Positions 62,201 through 64,000 of a DNA stretch of 64,000 bases are shown in pieces. The position numbers and the translations under genes were made by a program. Origin of the DNA: Podarcis pityusensis. Its lineage: Eukaryota. Under the pieces are notes generated by a model, which was not told the origin of the DNA, ran no database searches, and was given only the letters and a program-made list of their open reading frames with translations. The stretch lies in assembly GCA_964106645.2 (NCBI GenBank), contig OZ067040.1; one strand, 5' to 3'. Positions within the stretch are counted from its first letter, which is position 1. Every line of letters begins with the position of its first letter.

Positions 62201-62580
62201 GGTAAAGGTAAAGGACCCCTGGACAGTTAAGTCCAATCAAAGGCGACTATGGGGTGCAGTGCTCATTTTGCTTCAGGCAAGAGAGCTGGCGTTTGTCCAC
62301 AGACAGTTTTCCGGGCCATGTGGCCAGCATGACTAAACCGCTTCTGGAGCAACAGAACACTATGACGGAAACCAGAGCGTATGGAAATGCTGTTTACCTT
62401 TCCGCCATAGTGGTACCTAGTTACCTACTTGCACTAGTGTGCTTTCAAGCTGCTAGGTTGGCAGGAGCTGGGACAGAGCAACAGGAGCTCAGCACCGCCG
62501 CACAGTTTCGAAGCACTGACCTTCCGATCGGCAAGCCCAAGAGACTCAGTGGTTTAGACCACAGTGCCACGCTTGTCCCA
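62201..62580 (-). mobile_element. Sauria SINE, older subfamily
   Basis: ggtaaaggtaaaggacccctggacagttaagtcc tail; 13-bp TSD ttgatacaacata at 62188-62200 and 62581-62593. Confidence 0.92.
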
Positions 62581-63139
62581 TTGATACAACATATGGTATC
62601 TGAAGAAGTATTCTCACTGTTTAATAGGGGAGCATTTCAGGCAGAGATCTTTGGTTTGATAACAGTGGTATTTGAAATACCCCCCCCCAAGTGTTCCTAT
62701 TTTCACAGAATGTGTGCTACCTGATGCAAAATTATCAGTGCAAGTCAGGGTGACATAGCATCCTTTACAATTAGCATGATGTCCATCTGAATGTAGGGAT
62801 ACTATTCACAAAGTTGACAATTACCGACATTTTTTATTATTAAAGCACATAAAAGAAGTGTAACGCTTTATGCAAACGGTTTGATGGTGTTGTGGTTGCT
62901 TAGCAACCAGAAGGCAGCATGATAGAGAAGAAGAACAAGGACTGAAGCAAATAAAGGGCTGCTTTTCAGTGAAACAGAATCACCATTTGTACAATATCAA
63001 AGTCATGATCATAGACTATTTCTTATTTCCAAACAAACATTTCTCCTGAAATCAAATCAGCATATGAGAGAGATCAATAGCTATTAGTCATGATATCTAT
63101 ATATTGCCAGTATCTGGTTTCTAGGGAATCACTGTTTGT

Positions 63140-63237
63140 AGGCTTCCCATGGATATTAGTTGGTCACTGTGAAAATTGAATGCTGTACCAAATGGGTGAC
63201 TTTGGTCTCATACCACAGAATATTTCTTATGTTCTTA
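63140..63237 (+). mobile_element. Old CR1 3' end
   Basis: ttcccatggatattagttggtcactgtga...atgctg...tttcttatgttctta tail. Confidence 0.55.
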
Positions 63238-63840
63238 CCTGTTGTATACATCTAGGAGTATCTAAATTATGCCACTTTGCTAAGGTCCCTACAGTGTTTG
63301 TTGATGTCACAACTCTATACCAAGACTAGAACTTTTATATCAAGCCTTCAAAGGTTCTTATCCAGAAGGTGTTACCAGATATTGGCAGTCCCCACAAAAG
63401 CTATCCTTTATAATCAAGGACATATTCTGAAAATATAGGTTGGGATTCAGCTAATGAGTTCTGTTGTTGGAAGCCCTGCTTGTGATAAATGTCTTCCAAC
63501 CTTGTCTCCTCCGCCTCCATTCCTCAAAATTGGCTTGGGTGAGTAGGCACAATCTTCAGAGCAGCATTGGTGGGGGGTAGGTGGGAGGGGAGAGGTGCAT
63601 TGTTCTGCCTGGCAAGCCAAAATGCTTGTCCTGATGGAAAGATCACCTTAGTGCAACATCAAATTCCTCCCATAGGATTCTTAAATGGCTAAAGTATGTG
63701 GTGTCTTTCCTCCAGGCACCTGTGTTTTACTATGAGCTGCACAGAAGTTATGGGGGGGGGGGAAATGTTACTACAAGCAAACGCTTTCCATAAATGGTGG
63801 CTATTCCAAGTGAGTTGAATGGTTAATAAGTCTTAATTAA

Positions 63841-64000
63841 TTAATTATACCCCGCCCATGTGGGCGGCTCCCAACAGAATATTAAAAACACAATAAAAGA
63901 TCAAACATTAAAAACTTCCCTAAACAGGGCTGCTTTCAGATGTCTTATAAAAGTCAGATAGTTGTTTCTTTCCTTGACATCTGATGGGAGGGCGTTTAAT
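63841..64000 (-). mobile_element. L2-type LINE 3' end, running to the window edge
   Basis: ataccccgcccatgtgggcggctcccaacag...aaaacttccctaaacagggctgctttcagatgtc...catctgatgggagggcgtt. Confidence 0.7.

Noticed and set aside
62254-62724. 156-aa ORF
   Set aside because: Mostly the antisense strand of a Sauria SINE.

Overview
This is vertebrate non-coding DNA, almost certainly from a squamate. The repeat set points to a lacertid lizard: Sauria SINEs with ACCTTT tails, Bov-B 3' ends, and a tRNA-Lys/CR1-tailed SINE. I could not identify any host protein-coding exon, rRNA, functional tRNA or CRISPR array. The only ORFs with recognisable homology come from transposable elements: Bov-B RT C-terminus, CR1 RT C-terminus, a hAT/Buster transposase C-terminus, and a degraded Penelope GIY-YIG region. 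The window is a patchwork of retroposons (Sauria SINE x4, Bov-B x4, CR1, L2, Penelope, two tRNA-headed CR1-tailed SINEs, three probable solo LTRs), non-autonomous DNA transposons (Tigger/pogo-like MITEs with TA TSDs; hAT elements with 8-bp TSDs) and microsatellites. Between them lie repeat-free AT-rich blocks dense in homeodomain/GATA motifs that look like conserved enhancers of a large intron or gene desert. I found no convincing novel multi-gene system. The best leads are: (1) a tRNA-Asn-headed SINE sharing its CR1 tail with a tRNA-Lys SINE and a CR1 LINE in the same window; (2) a Bov-B plus Sauria SINE double insertion at one target site; (3) a GC-rich, intron-like foreign fragment captured inside an old repeat; (4) a same-strand GATA-site cluster; (5) a minus-strand bias of retroelements. 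Family names come from pattern recognition, not from database searches.
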